A stretch of DNA of 32,000 bases from Candidatus Hadarchaeota archaeon (GCA_964514965.1 CAZETV010000001.1:633063-665062); one strand, 5' to 3'; positions 8,656 to 16,939 are shown, counted from the stretch's first letter. A program made the numbers and translations. The notes: generated by a model not told the origin, from the sequence alone.

Positions 8656-9516
8656 CTACCCGAAAATATCTCTGGCCTTTTTTATTCCCTTCCGAGCTGC
8701 CTCCAGCGGGTGTTTTGACTTCCAGAGTTCGGCTATCAACAGCCCATCGTATTTTATCGACCGCAAGGCGTTAACCACGGGTTTGAAGTCGATATCGCCA
8801 TCACCCGGCGGCAGGTGCTCATCTTCAACGCCGTGATTGTCATGCACATGTACATGGACCAGATACCCGCGTAGGGCCTCGATAGATTTGGCAATCGCAT
8901 CTCCAGTATACTTTTTTCCGACTCTTCGCTCGGCCAAATGCGCGTGCCCGATGTCGAACGTTACTTTGACACCTTCCAGACCGATTAAAAATTTTCTGAG
9001 CTCTTCAACGGTCGACGGGTAGAAAAACGATTGCCCTGTAGCGTTTTCTATCGTCAAAGTCACGCCCCGCTCTTGCGCGTAGGGAATGCATTTATTGATA
9101 AATTCTCGGTATAGTTTTTTTGTCCTCTCGATGAACCTTATCGCATTGGGTATGGGGGACTTCCCGAAATGAACCACCACGATTTCTCCGTCTAAAGCGT
9201 GGCAGACATCTATGCTTCGCCGCGTCTGCTCCATTGTCAGCTCCCAGAGTTCGCGGTAATGACTAGCTGGGTTCAAATCCCAGAAGCTCGCGTGAACTGA
9301 AACTTGAAGCCCGTGAATGTCTAGGAGTTCCTTTATGCCAGAAAGTTTGCGGTGGTCGTAGTTGGGTGGGAAGTGGGGAACATCATAAACTATCTCAAAA
9401 CATTCGGCACCGAACTCGGCGCTCGTACCAATTGCTTTCTCAATCGAAGCGTTGACGAAAGGCATACTCGAAAGACCCACTTTCATGATATCATCTATGC
9501 ACATGGTTTTACTCAA
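8656..9516 (-). CDS. Xylose isomerase/endonuclease IV-like TIM barrel protein
   Basis: VHASFWDLNPAS, VVVHFG, LTIENATG, TFDIGHAHL, HVHVHDNHG..DEHLPPGDGDIDF, LIAELW: metal-binding TIM barrel signature. Confidence 0.75.
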   Translation of the reverse strand: MSKTMCIDDIMKVGLSSMPFVNASIEKAIGTSAEFGAECFEIVYDVPHFPPNYDHRKLSGIKELLDIHGLQVSVHASFWDLNPASHYRELWELTMEQTRRSIDVCHALDGEIVVVHFGKSPIPNAIRFIERTKKLYREFINKCIPYAQERGVTLTIENATGQSFFYPSTVEELRKFLIGLEGVKVTFDIGHAHLAERRVGKKYTGDAIAKSIEALRGYLVHVHVHDNHGVEDEHLPPGDGDIDFKPVVNALRSIKYDGLLIAELWKSKHPLEAARKGIKKARDIFG

Positions 9517-9518
9517 AT

Positions 9519-10187
9519 TTAAAGCTTGGATTTTCTCATGGTGTCAGTCGCAAGCTTATGTGCTGCGCGGAGCGGTTCAGGCAAGCGATACTTGCGTGTG
9601 GTTTTGAGAGTGATTTTAATAACGGTTTTGAGCGAGAGCTTGTGACCGATGCTCACGTAGACAGGCCTTGCATTATTCCGGGTTCTGAGTACTGCCCCAA
9701 CAATCTCGTTACCATCCTTGAGCATCGAATGTGCTCCTTTCCTTTTGGGCGGTAATGTTGCTTCACCGCATAACCTGCTTTTCGCGACACCTAGCGTGGG
9801 CTTGTTGAGAGCCACGCCAAGATGACAGGCCAAGCCTGCTCGTCTGGGGTGTGCAAGCCCTTGGGCCCCCACCATATAAACGTCTGCCTCTAGCCCATCA
9901 ACGGCCTTCAACATCCCACCGAGTTCTCGAAAAGCCAAGAAGGTTGGGATGTATGGAAACTTCAAATTCACCGCAACGGCTTTTTGTTCGAGTACCTCAA
10001 GACTTTTGTAATCGAGCACCACACAAGCAGCACAGGCAAGATTTCCCCGCGCAAAGGAAATGTCACAACCTGCGATAGTTTTAAGATTGCCGAAGCGATC
10101 CTCCTTGACAACTCGCCTTGCTATCCGTTTCTGGAGTCGAGCTAGCTCGTCGAGGTCGAATTTCGGGGGACGCAGGATTGGAAGCAT
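9519..10187 (-). CDS. nfi: Endonuclease V homolog (catalytic Asp position substituted)
   Basis: GCDISF, PYIPTFLAFREL, GAQGLAHPRRAGLACHLGVALNKPTLGVAKSRLCG, VSIGHKLSL, YRLPEPLRAAH; canonical VDG(H/Q)G is VGAQG here. Confidence 0.88.
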   Translation of the reverse strand: MLPILRPPKFDLDELARLQKRIARRVVKEDRFGNLKTIAGCDISFARGNLACAACVVLDYKSLEVLEQKAVAVNLKFPYIPTFLAFRELGGMLKAVDGLEADVYMVGAQGLAHPRRAGLACHLGVALNKPTLGVAKSRLCGEATLPPKRKGAHSMLKDGNEIVGAVLRTRNNARPVYVSIGHKLSLKTVIKITLKTTRKYRLPEPLRAAHKLATDTMRKSKL

Positions 10188-10244
10188 TGAACCCGATATC
10201 GCTTTTACGCAGAAGCTATAAATTTCGAACGCTTAGTAAGTTCG

Positions 10245-10415
10245 ATGACCATGCGAACGAAAGGGCCTAAGTGCAAGCTTTGCGGTAAAGGCATCTCAAT
10301 CATGAGCTACGATGCCGCTTATCTCAAAGTCGTGAAGCCAGGCGAGGCGAAGGCTGGATTCGTGTGCTGGGGCTGCGCCAAGAAATTGCTAGGCGAGAAG
10401 CTTGAGGGATTTTAG
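10245..10415 (+). CDS. Small zinc-ribbon protein (56 aa)
   Basis: MTMRTKGPKCKLCGKGISIMSYDAAYLKVVKPGEAKAGFVCWGCAKKLLGEKLEGF*; CxxC...CxxC. Below ORF-track length cutoff. Start may be 10251. Confidence 0.65.
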   Translation: MTMRTKGPKCKLCGKGISIMSYDAAYLKVVKPGEAKAGFVCWGCAKKLLGEKLEGF

Positions 10416-10424
10416 GCGAGCTAC

Positions 10425-11504
10425 TTGGTGAAAGCAACCCCCAAGGACCACGCGTTGATGACCTTAGCTATTAAGCGCCGCGGTAAATTCGTTGATGCAC
10501 CGCACATTCAAGAAAAGCTCAGCCGGGATACGGGTGAAAAATTTGATGAGCGCAAGACGCGTGAGCTACTTGATGAGTTGGTAAAGAAAGGCCTACTCGA
10601 GGAGCGCGATGGCGAGTACGCAATCACCGATGTCGGACACAAATACTTCGATAAGCGGTGGCGGGAAATTGGAGCTCGGCTAAACCAAGACTACCTCAAG
10701 GTCTACCGCGCAAAGCAGTACTATCCCCATGTGGTTGACACCGTGCTTGAGTTTTGCCGTGACCGCTGGGTTTCTGTCTTTCGTCTGTTCACTGGGCGTG
10801 CGTGGCTTCAACGCAAACTCAGCCCTCGATACATCACGGTAAAAAGTCCAAAGGATGTACAACGATGGCTAGACGTGCACGGGATAGATTTTATTCCTTA
10901 TATCCACCGTATGGAGAGCGACCGTCCGGACTGGCTAGTTATCGATTTTGATGCAGGAAAAAAAGTACCTGCGGAAAGAACAAAGCAGGCCGTCGAGGCG
11001 GCACACGAAGTGCTTTCCGAGTATGCCATCGACCCAGCAATCAAGTTCTCAGGCTCTCGCGGGTTCCAAATCTGGGCGCAGTTCAAGCCGCACGAACTAC
11101 CTAAGGAGTATAAACCCAAGCAACTTCGGACCGAGCGTCGGGAGCGAAATTTCTTCAGCTTCTACGCGGATATCGTGCGGTTCATCGAGTCACATGTAGC
11201 GGGGCGCTTGCCGGGGTTGACGACGGCCGAGACGGCGAAGAAGGAGGCCCGTGTCGACAAGGTCCTGTTTGATGCGTCTATTATCAAGCCTATGGGCGAT
11301 GTGCGGGCGCCCTACAGCATGCATTACAAAACTGGGCTAATTTCAATGCCGTTGGGGTTAAAGGAGCTCAATCACTTTGAGCCCGAGCAGGCAGACCCTG
11401 AACTTGTAGTGAAGCGTTACAAGAAAAAAGGAAACGAGTTCAAGCTAGAACCTTGCAATGGCGATGAGCTTTTTGAAGAAGTTGTGAAATGGTGTGGGTG
11501 TTGA
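10425..11504 (+). CDS. Archaeo-eukaryotic primase superfamily polymerase (LigD-PolDom/PriS-like) with N-terminal winged-helix domain
   Basis: N-term wHTH (KTRELLDELVKKGLLEERDGEYAITDVGHKYF); AEP motif I PDWLVIDFDAG, motif II KFSGSRGFQIWAQF, motif III region DKVLFDASIIKPMGDVRAPYSMHYKTGLISMPL. Confidence 0.8.
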   Translation: MVKATPKDHALMTLAIKRRGKFVDAPHIQEKLSRDTGEKFDERKTRELLDELVKKGLLEERDGEYAITDVGHKYFDKRWREIGARLNQDYLKVYRAKQYYPHVVDTVLEFCRDRWVSVFRLFTGRAWLQRKLSPRYITVKSPKDVQRWLDVHGIDFIPYIHRMESDRPDWLVIDFDAGKKVPAERTKQAVEAAHEVLSEYAIDPAIKFSGSRGFQIWAQFKPHELPKEYKPKQLRTERRERNFFSFYADIVRFIESHVAGRLPGLTTAETAKKEARVDKVLFDASIIKPMGDVRAPYSMHYKTGLISMPLGLKELNHFEPEQADPELVVKRYKKKGNEFKLEPCNGDELFEEVVKWCGC

Positions 11505-12028
11505 TTGGAAATACTAAAATTAGGTCAGTGACGACCATTTTATACGTGATAATTGCAATGTATTTTTTCTTCATGATTTTGGACCGCTTGCTATCTGTGG
11601 TTTTTGGCTTCAACTTTCAACCCTACGGCTCTAACGTCCCTCCCGGCTTTACGCTGTGGGGCCATCTGGCAAATGGATCCATGGCAATATTCGGAGTTTG
11701 GGCCATGCTGAAGATATGGGAGGTCATGGGACGCAGCAAGCACTCAGTGATTTTGAAAACGGCGAATATTTTATTATTTTTGCTAATTTTCCTTTGGATC
11801 CCTTACAACAACGATGCAACTCATTTAATTTCGCATGGATGCGGGGACTTGATCCCATTGTACGCGGTAGCGAACGCTATATATGTGGTGGGCGCGGGCG
11901 TGGCAATTCTGAGACTCGCCACTTCAACCAAATGGAGATTGGCTTTGCTGGGAGGATTAGTTGCCACATTCCTGTTCATACATTTTGCTCTATACGCCCC
12001 GATGTTTCCAGAATTTCAGTGGACTTAG
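11501..12028 (+). CDS. Integral membrane protein, unknown function
   Basis: Four to five hydrophobic segments (ILYVIIAMYFFFMILDRLL, LLFLLIFLWIPY, YAVANAIYVVGAGVAIL, LALLGGLVATFLFIHFAL). Start uncertain (TTG 11501 or upstream 11489). Confidence 0.6.
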   Translation: MIGNTKIRSVTTILYVIIAMYFFFMILDRLLSVVFGFNFQPYGSNVPPGFTLWGHLANGSMAIFGVWAMLKIWEVMGRSKHSVILKTANILLFLLIFLWIPYNNDATHLISHGCGDLIPLYAVANAIYVVGAGVAILRLATSTKWRLALLGGLVATFLFIHFALYAPMFPEFQWT

Positions 12029-12088
12029 ACGCTTCGGGCTAAATTTTCCCCTTATAAAGAACTTCCACCCAAAGCCTCGGCGGGAGAG

Positions 12089-12475
12089 ATGGAAGAGAAA
12101 GGACAGCTCATGGGAGTGCCTATCAAGCTGGTGATGGCGCTAGTGATTGGAACCATGGCCATGGGCGTGCTGACGCAGTTCGTGGGCACGGCCGAACGAA
12201 CAGTTTTCAAAGACATGAACGTGACTTTTAGCACTTCGAGCAATCAACTGACTGTTCGGGTATATGACGCCGCGAGCGGCGATGCCCTAGGAGGAGCGAC
12301 CATCGTGGTAAAGTATCTTGGAGGTATGAAAGCCCACACTCTAGGGACGAACTCGAACCAATACACCTTCACCGTACCCATGGAGACGGAATCGTACACT
12401 GTAGTAACGGTGCGCGTAACACATAGCAGCTACATTCCGTGGGAAGGGGAAGCCGCAGTTCATAGAACAAGGTAG
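12089..12475 (+). CDS. Pilin-like secreted protein with beta-rich/carboxypeptidase-regulatory-like ectodomain
   Basis: Short charged leader MEEKG followed by QLMGVPIKLVMALVIGTMAMGVLTQFV; ectodomain VRVYDAASGDALGGATIVVKYLGG resembles Ig/CarboxypepD_reg-like repeats. Confidence 0.65.
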   Translation: MEEKGQLMGVPIKLVMALVIGTMAMGVLTQFVGTAERTVFKDMNVTFSTSSNQLTVRVYDAASGDALGGATIVVKYLGGMKAHTLGTNSNQYTFTVPMETESYTVVTVRVTHSSYIPWEGEAAVHRTR

Positions 12476-12479
12476 AAGC

Positions 12480-12896
12480 ATGACGCTACACAACGCTAAG
12501 GGCGTCGAGTCCTTACCGATAGTGCTGCTACTCGGCGCCATGCTGGCTGCATCTACGTTGGGGATCGGCACCACTTGCATTGACCGGACACAAAGGCTTG
12601 ATGAACGACAGCACGCAATTAATAGCTTCAACTCATTCGTCGAGCGGGCCCGCATTATCAGCGCTGGTGGCATCGGCAGCATACAGCAGGTCGAACTTGA
12701 ACTGAACAGGGGCAAGCTCGTCTTTGATGCGAAACTCGTGCAGCTAACTTACGACGAAGAAGTACTGCGGAGCGAAATTCTACCGTTGCCCATCGTGTTA
12801 GAAGGTGGAGGCTTCAAAATCGGCGCCGGAAGCTACTCAATCAAACTCCAACGTGACGATGAATATGGATATTTTCTGGAGGTAAGGGGGCTTTAG
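12480..12896 (+). CDS. Pilin-like protein
   Basis: MTLHNAKG|VESLPIVLLLGAMLAASTLGIGT N-terminus: short leader, Gly, hydrophobic helix; Glu near +2. Confidence 0.6.
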   Translation: MTLHNAKGVESLPIVLLLGAMLAASTLGIGTTCIDRTQRLDERQHAINSFNSFVERARIISAGGIGSIQQVELELNRGKLVFDAKLVQLTYDEEVLRSEILPLPIVLEGGGFKIGAGSYSIKLQRDDEYGYFLEVRGL

Positions 12897-12897
12897 T

Positions 12898-13323
12898 ATA
12901 AATGAACGCGGGTTTCTAGCCGATTTTCTCGTCTGCAAAATCGGAGTCGCACTTGCTGCACTGGTTTTGTTCGGCGCTGTGCTCACGATGTCCTTTGGGT
13001 TCAAGTGCACTGCGGAGAGGGAGGACCTAACGATGCTTGCCAATACGATTTCAGAAGCGATTCGAGCCGTTGACAGTATGCCTGGCGAGATTGAAATGAA
13101 AAGAGTGCTACCCTCCATCACGCATCAGACCAAGGTAACAATTATCGGTGAACTCAACCAGGGGACACAAATAATCAGTATACTCGTGGAGTCACAGGAG
13201 CGAGTCGAGCGCATCCTGATGCTCAGCCAAAAAGTCAACGGAGGAGAGTTTTCAATCATCCAAGAGAGCCCGAGCACGATACGCCTGAGCAAAACGGACT
13301 GGATTCAATTGGAGTTGATTTAG
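12898..13323 (+). CDS. Pilin-like protein without canonical start (coordinates assume ATA start; nearest allowed start is TTG 12967)
   Basis: Frame upstream of TTG 12967 reads (ATA)NERG|FLADFLVCKIGVALAALVLFGAVLTMSFGF..., a pilin-like N-terminus lost if 12967 is used; in-frame stop at 12883. Confidence 0.55.
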   Translation: MNERGFLADFLVCKIGVALAALVLFGAVLTMSFGFKCTAEREDLTMLANTISEAIRAVDSMPGEIEMKRVLPSITHQTKVTIIGELNQGTQIISILVESQERVERILMLSQKVNGGEFSIIQESPSTIRLSKTDWIQLELI

Positions 13324-13758
13324 ACGGAGCAACTTTCAGCCGGCGAAGATTTATTCGCGACGCTCGCGGTTGTTGGCTTGTTCGTCCTCTTTGTCGCTGC
13401 ACTCACGCACTCCTACCACCTATACGAGGAGAGGAGGAACACCTACGAGAGCTTTGACTTAACGTTGAACATCGCTGAAGACATCAAAAATTGTGTTTTG
13501 GCTACTTCACCTGGGTCGATTGATCTAACGACCGACAAGCTTGAGAATTACTCAAAACTTCTCGTCCGAGACGGCATTGAGCTGCGAGTTGAGGTTAGAA
13601 CTCTTAGAGGGGAGGTGTTGCTAGTTTACGGCCCCGAGCAAAACCAGCTTAGGGGATATCTTCCGCCACCTTGTTCGATCAGCCTACCAGTGGCAGTCAC
13701 GCGCGACCAAGGATCAGCGCAGCTTTGCGAGTTAGTCGTGTGGGTTGAGGGGGAGTAA
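13324..13758 (+). CDS. Pilin-like protein without canonical start (coordinates assume ACG start; nearest allowed start is TTG 13378)
   Basis: Directly after the previous TAG: (ACG)EQLSAG|EDLFATLAVVGLFVLFVAALTHSYHLYEERR...; TTG 13378 lies within the hydrophobic helix. Confidence 0.55.
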   Translation, partial: TEQLSAGEDLFATLAVVGLFVLFVAALTHSYHLYEERRNTYESFDLTLNIAEDIKNCVLATSPGSIDLTTDKLENYSKLLVRDGIELRVEVRTLRGEVLLVYGPEQNQLRGYLPPPCSISLPVAVTRDQGSAQLCELVVWVEGE

Positions 13759-13759
13759 A

Positions 13760-14428
13760 ATGGACGAACAAGGCATTAGTTACATAGCAGACCTATTAGT
13801 CTTCGCTCTCTTGATTTCGTTCGCCAGTTTACTTTTAGTCGGGGCAAGCCCAATCGACCCTGAAATTGAGAGTACTCGATACGCCGCGAGCTTCGCGCAG
13901 AGCACTTTACTGGCGCTCCAACACTCGACAGCGGATGATTTCGGAGGATTTGAATATCACCTGGATACTCTTCTGTTTGAGCAAAACGTGCCTTTACTCA
14001 ACGAATCGGCCAAACGTGACTTATGCCATAAAACTCTCACGCAACTTTTGGTTGAAGATGCGCTTTTCAACTTGCGCATCGAAGCTGAAGGAGTTGAGCT
14101 TGAACCAATCGGACCAAGCTGGGGTATAAACAGCGAGCTTCAAAAATTTTTGAAAGAGGTGCTCGATAAACTCATCGGTGAACGTTTCGGATACCGCCTC
14201 ATCGTGAGAACTTTGCCGTTAGACCTTGACTTTGTCCGGGTTCATTTCGAGAGCGAGATTAAAAATTTAGACGAGGGCGTGCAACTGAAGCTTTGCTCAG
14301 AAACAATTGTTGCAACCCTGCCCATCTCGCAAGAAGAGCTAACCCAACGAATTCAAAAAGGGCTCAACACCAATTTGGAACTTGAACCCGACATCGGCGC
14401 TGAGATAACCTTAGAGCTGTGGTCATAA
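13760..14428 (+). CDS. Pilin-like/pseudopilin-like membrane protein
   Basis: MDEQG|ISYIADLLVFALLISFASLLLVGASP; hydrophilic C-terminal ectodomain. Start ATG 13760 chosen over GTG 13745. Confidence 0.65.
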   Translation: MDEQGISYIADLLVFALLISFASLLLVGASPIDPEIESTRYAASFAQSTLLALQHSTADDFGGFEYHLDTLLFEQNVPLLNESAKRDLCHKTLTQLLVEDALFNLRIEAEGVELEPIGPSWGINSELQKFLKEVLDKLIGERFGYRLIVRTLPLDLDFVRVHFESEIKNLDEGVQLKLCSETIVATLPISQEELTQRIQKGLNTNLELEPDIGAEITLELWS

Positions 14429-16470
14429 TGAAAGAGCGCGGGTTTATGTCTTTCAGCGCTGCAGGTATCGTCATTGTAATACTTGTCATAGCAATGGTGG
14501 GACAAACTGTAGAACTGCGACACCAGCGCTCGCTAAATACAGTGGATTATGCCTCAAGTTCGTCACTTCTGACGCTCGCCACTAGTGTTCAAAATGACAT
14601 GCGAGCTGCAATGCAATACGCCGTTTACGACGCGCTCTGGGACGTCAGCAAAAATGCGAACAGTTATGTTAACGATAAGGTAAGGAAACTGGCCATCAAA
14701 AGTCTCGCGACAAAATATTTCACGGAACGAATCGCTGCGCTGCCAAATGCATATGCAAAACACGATGCGCGCATCGAACTCGATTTAGGAGATACAAATG
14801 CTCAGTTAATCTTCAATTTGTGGGAAGGTGATGGTGGGTACACATTGGCTGATGTTAGGCTACCAAAAGGGACATGTGTAGAGGTCAGCTCCTGGGACAA
14901 CAGTTTGATTCTAGAACTACCCTGCGATAACCTCGAGGCTTTCATTGACTCTCGGTACTTTCTCCTTCAAGATCGTATGCGGGCATTCATTAGCGGAATC
15001 GGTAATGTAAGCAAAAATTGGACGGTAATGGAGTACGTTTCGGCTTGGGCCGGAGCGTGGTTGAATGGGAACGTCAAATTAGACATCTCCCGCAGCAAAG
15101 CGTTTTTTGAACTAGCGTGGGCAGCGCATGAGCTTAACATTTTTGGATCAGCCGACTATACAGCGACGGTAATCGGGCTGACTAACGCATCCGCTGACTC
15201 AAACGAAACAAGCGGAGATATCATTTCTAACCTTTTCAATAACACCCTGATCGTCTCACCTGTGAAAGCCGTTGATGTTGATGAAATGCGCGGATATATC
15301 GACCACGCCCTCGAAGCACTCACCGAGGCATCCAGTGCGCTAGCAGGAGCGAAAGAACATGTTCAACACGCGAACGACCTCCTCGCCCAAATCCATGAAA
15401 CCATGGACAACGCTAACTCAAAACTCGAAAACGTGCAAATAGCGCTTGAGGGTGCCGTTGCAAGCGTTGCCCAAGCTCGAAATCATGTGTCGGAGGTAAG
15501 TCAACACTTTGGAAAACTTATTAATTTCATCACGCGCTCAGCGGATCAAAATTTGATAATGGGAACGCTACGCGAGAGTCTCGTGAATCGGATGAGGGAG
15601 GATTACCCATCCCCTCAGGAACAGATAACGTGGGGAGTCAGGGGCATCTTGGCGAAACTCAACAATCTCGAAACAAACATCAGCAACTTTGCACAAGAGG
15701 TGGATGCCGAAAACACCGCCGTTGGGCTCAAAAACTCGATGACGAATTTACTAGATGAAATTACTTTCTCTGCCCAAGAATTACTCGCCGAACCCACTCC
15801 GAAGCGCTGGGTTGAGTTTACTAACTACGCCAAACCCGGTAGCTATGAAGGAGAGCCACCCGAGCCAGCGCGAGAAACAGCACCTGTGTATATCGATGGT
15901 GAATGGGAGGGTACAATCAGCGCCCTCAAACTTATCCTACAAAATGCGAAAAATAATCTCGACGAAATGAAGGGGCTCGCTGGGAGGGTTGAACCAGCAC
16001 CCGATGAAATTAAGAACATTGAAATCGACGAGGCACTCAAGCAAAAACTTGAGCTGAACGCGGAAAATTTTTCTGGCATCAACCGCGAGCAACTCTACGA
16101 ACTTCTGCCCCCGCCCCCAATCCAATCCCAACCTGGGCTTTCCGTGTTTCACGACTTCGAAATCAAGGAAGTTAAATACGAACGAGAGGACCCCGCTGGT
16201 TGGTTTGGCTCGCCTACACCCACCCCTATCCCACTCTGGTTCATAGGCGTAACGCTCTGGTGGGCTCAATGGGATATAACTCTGGAACTTGAAAATGGGG
16301 CCATCGAAGAGATTTTTGACTTTGATAACCCAACGTTGCCGCTGAGTTATGACATGCTGGGTAATGAGTTCATCACTCACAAGCCGCTCGCGTACCGCCA
16401 CGAGATGCCGAGTAATACATTCAACTTCAGGCTCGTAATCATCAGTCTGAAGCCCTTCAGCATATCCTGA
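14428..16470 (+). CDS. Large pilin-like-leader surface protein (680 aa) with central coiled-coil
   Basis: MKERG|FMSFSAAGIVIVILVIAMVGQTVELRHQRSLN; ectodomain with long helical region (HVQHANDLLAQIHETMDNANSKLENVQIAL...) and Pro/Trp-rich C-terminal part (GWFGSPTPTPIPLWFIGVTLWWAQWDITLELENG). TAATG overlap with upstream gene. Confidence 0.65.
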   Translation: MKERGFMSFSAAGIVIVILVIAMVGQTVELRHQRSLNTVDYASSSSLLTLATSVQNDMRAAMQYAVYDALWDVSKNANSYVNDKVRKLAIKSLATKYFTERIAALPNAYAKHDARIELDLGDTNAQLIFNLWEGDGGYTLADVRLPKGTCVEVSSWDNSLILELPCDNLEAFIDSRYFLLQDRMRAFISGIGNVSKNWTVMEYVSAWAGAWLNGNVKLDISRSKAFFELAWAAHELNIFGSADYTATVIGLTNASADSNETSGDIISNLFNNTLIVSPVKAVDVDEMRGYIDHALEALTEASSALAGAKEHVQHANDLLAQIHETMDNANSKLENVQIALEGAVASVAQARNHVSEVSQHFGKLINFITRSADQNLIMGTLRESLVNRMREDYPSPQEQITWGVRGILAKLNNLETNISNFAQEVDAENTAVGLKNSMTNLLDEITFSAQELLAEPTPKRWVEFTNYAKPGSYEGEPPEPARETAPVYIDGEWEGTISALKLILQNAKNNLDEMKGLAGRVEPAPDEIKNIEIDEALKQKLELNAENFSGINREQLYELLPPPPIQSQPGLSVFHDFEIKEVKYEREDPAGWFGSPTPTPIPLWFIGVTLWWAQWDITLELENGAIEEIFDFDNPTLPLSYDMLGNEFITHKPLAYRHEMPSNTFNFRLVIISLKPFSIS

Positions 16471-16531
16471 AGGTATCCCTCACGGGTCAAAATTTCACTT
16501 CTCGGGCCAATTTTTTGTTTCAACCATTTTT

Positions 16532-16939
16532 TTAGTTTACACCCTTACCTCTTCTGCAACGTGCTCGACCAAGGTTTAAATTTGAACTTAACTGCCCTCG
16601 CTCAACGAGAATTTGGAGCTCGACCACTCGCATACCAAGCTTCTCAAGCTTCACCTTGATAAATTCAAGCTCCCGCGCAATTGAGTTCATTCGTGCAAAC
16701 AACTCACACCGTAATTCTCCGAAAGCTCCCTCAAAAACTCTCTCGACCTCGACCCCCAACCGAGAAGTCCGAGATCCAAGCTTTGCCTCACGAAACTCCA
16801 CCGAAACACGGTCGGTAAGCAGCTGAACCTGCTCCCCCGGCAAACCAACTCCGGTCAACATATCGTAAATTTCATCATGCGAGAATCCCATGCGCATCAT
16901 TGACCGAATCACATCCGACGCAGACACACCGCTTGCCAT
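16532..16939 (-). CDS. Small protein with UBA-like N-terminal helix bundle and C-terminal coiled coil
   Basis: MASGVSASDVIRSMMRMGFSHDEIYDMLTGVGLPGEQVQLLTDRVSVEF then helical region; annotated ORF start at 17068 would overlap the antiporter gene. Confidence 0.45.
   Translation of the reverse strand: MASGVSASDVIRSMMRMGFSHDEIYDMLTGVGLPGEQVQLLTDRVSVEFREAKLGSRTSRLGVEVERVFEGAFGELRCELFARMNSIARELEFIKVKLEKLGMRVVELQILVERGQLSSNLNLGRARCRRGKGVN

Noticed and set aside
15339-15500. Possible repeat/phage-tail-like coiled coil in the large pilin-like protein
   Set aside because: Heptad-like helical sequence but no exact nucleotide repeat and no phage genes nearby.
15937-16401. 154-aa minus-strand ORF within the large coiled-coil surface protein
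   Set aside because: Shadow ORF; the plus-strand frame is continuous from 14428 to 16470 with a pilin-like leader.
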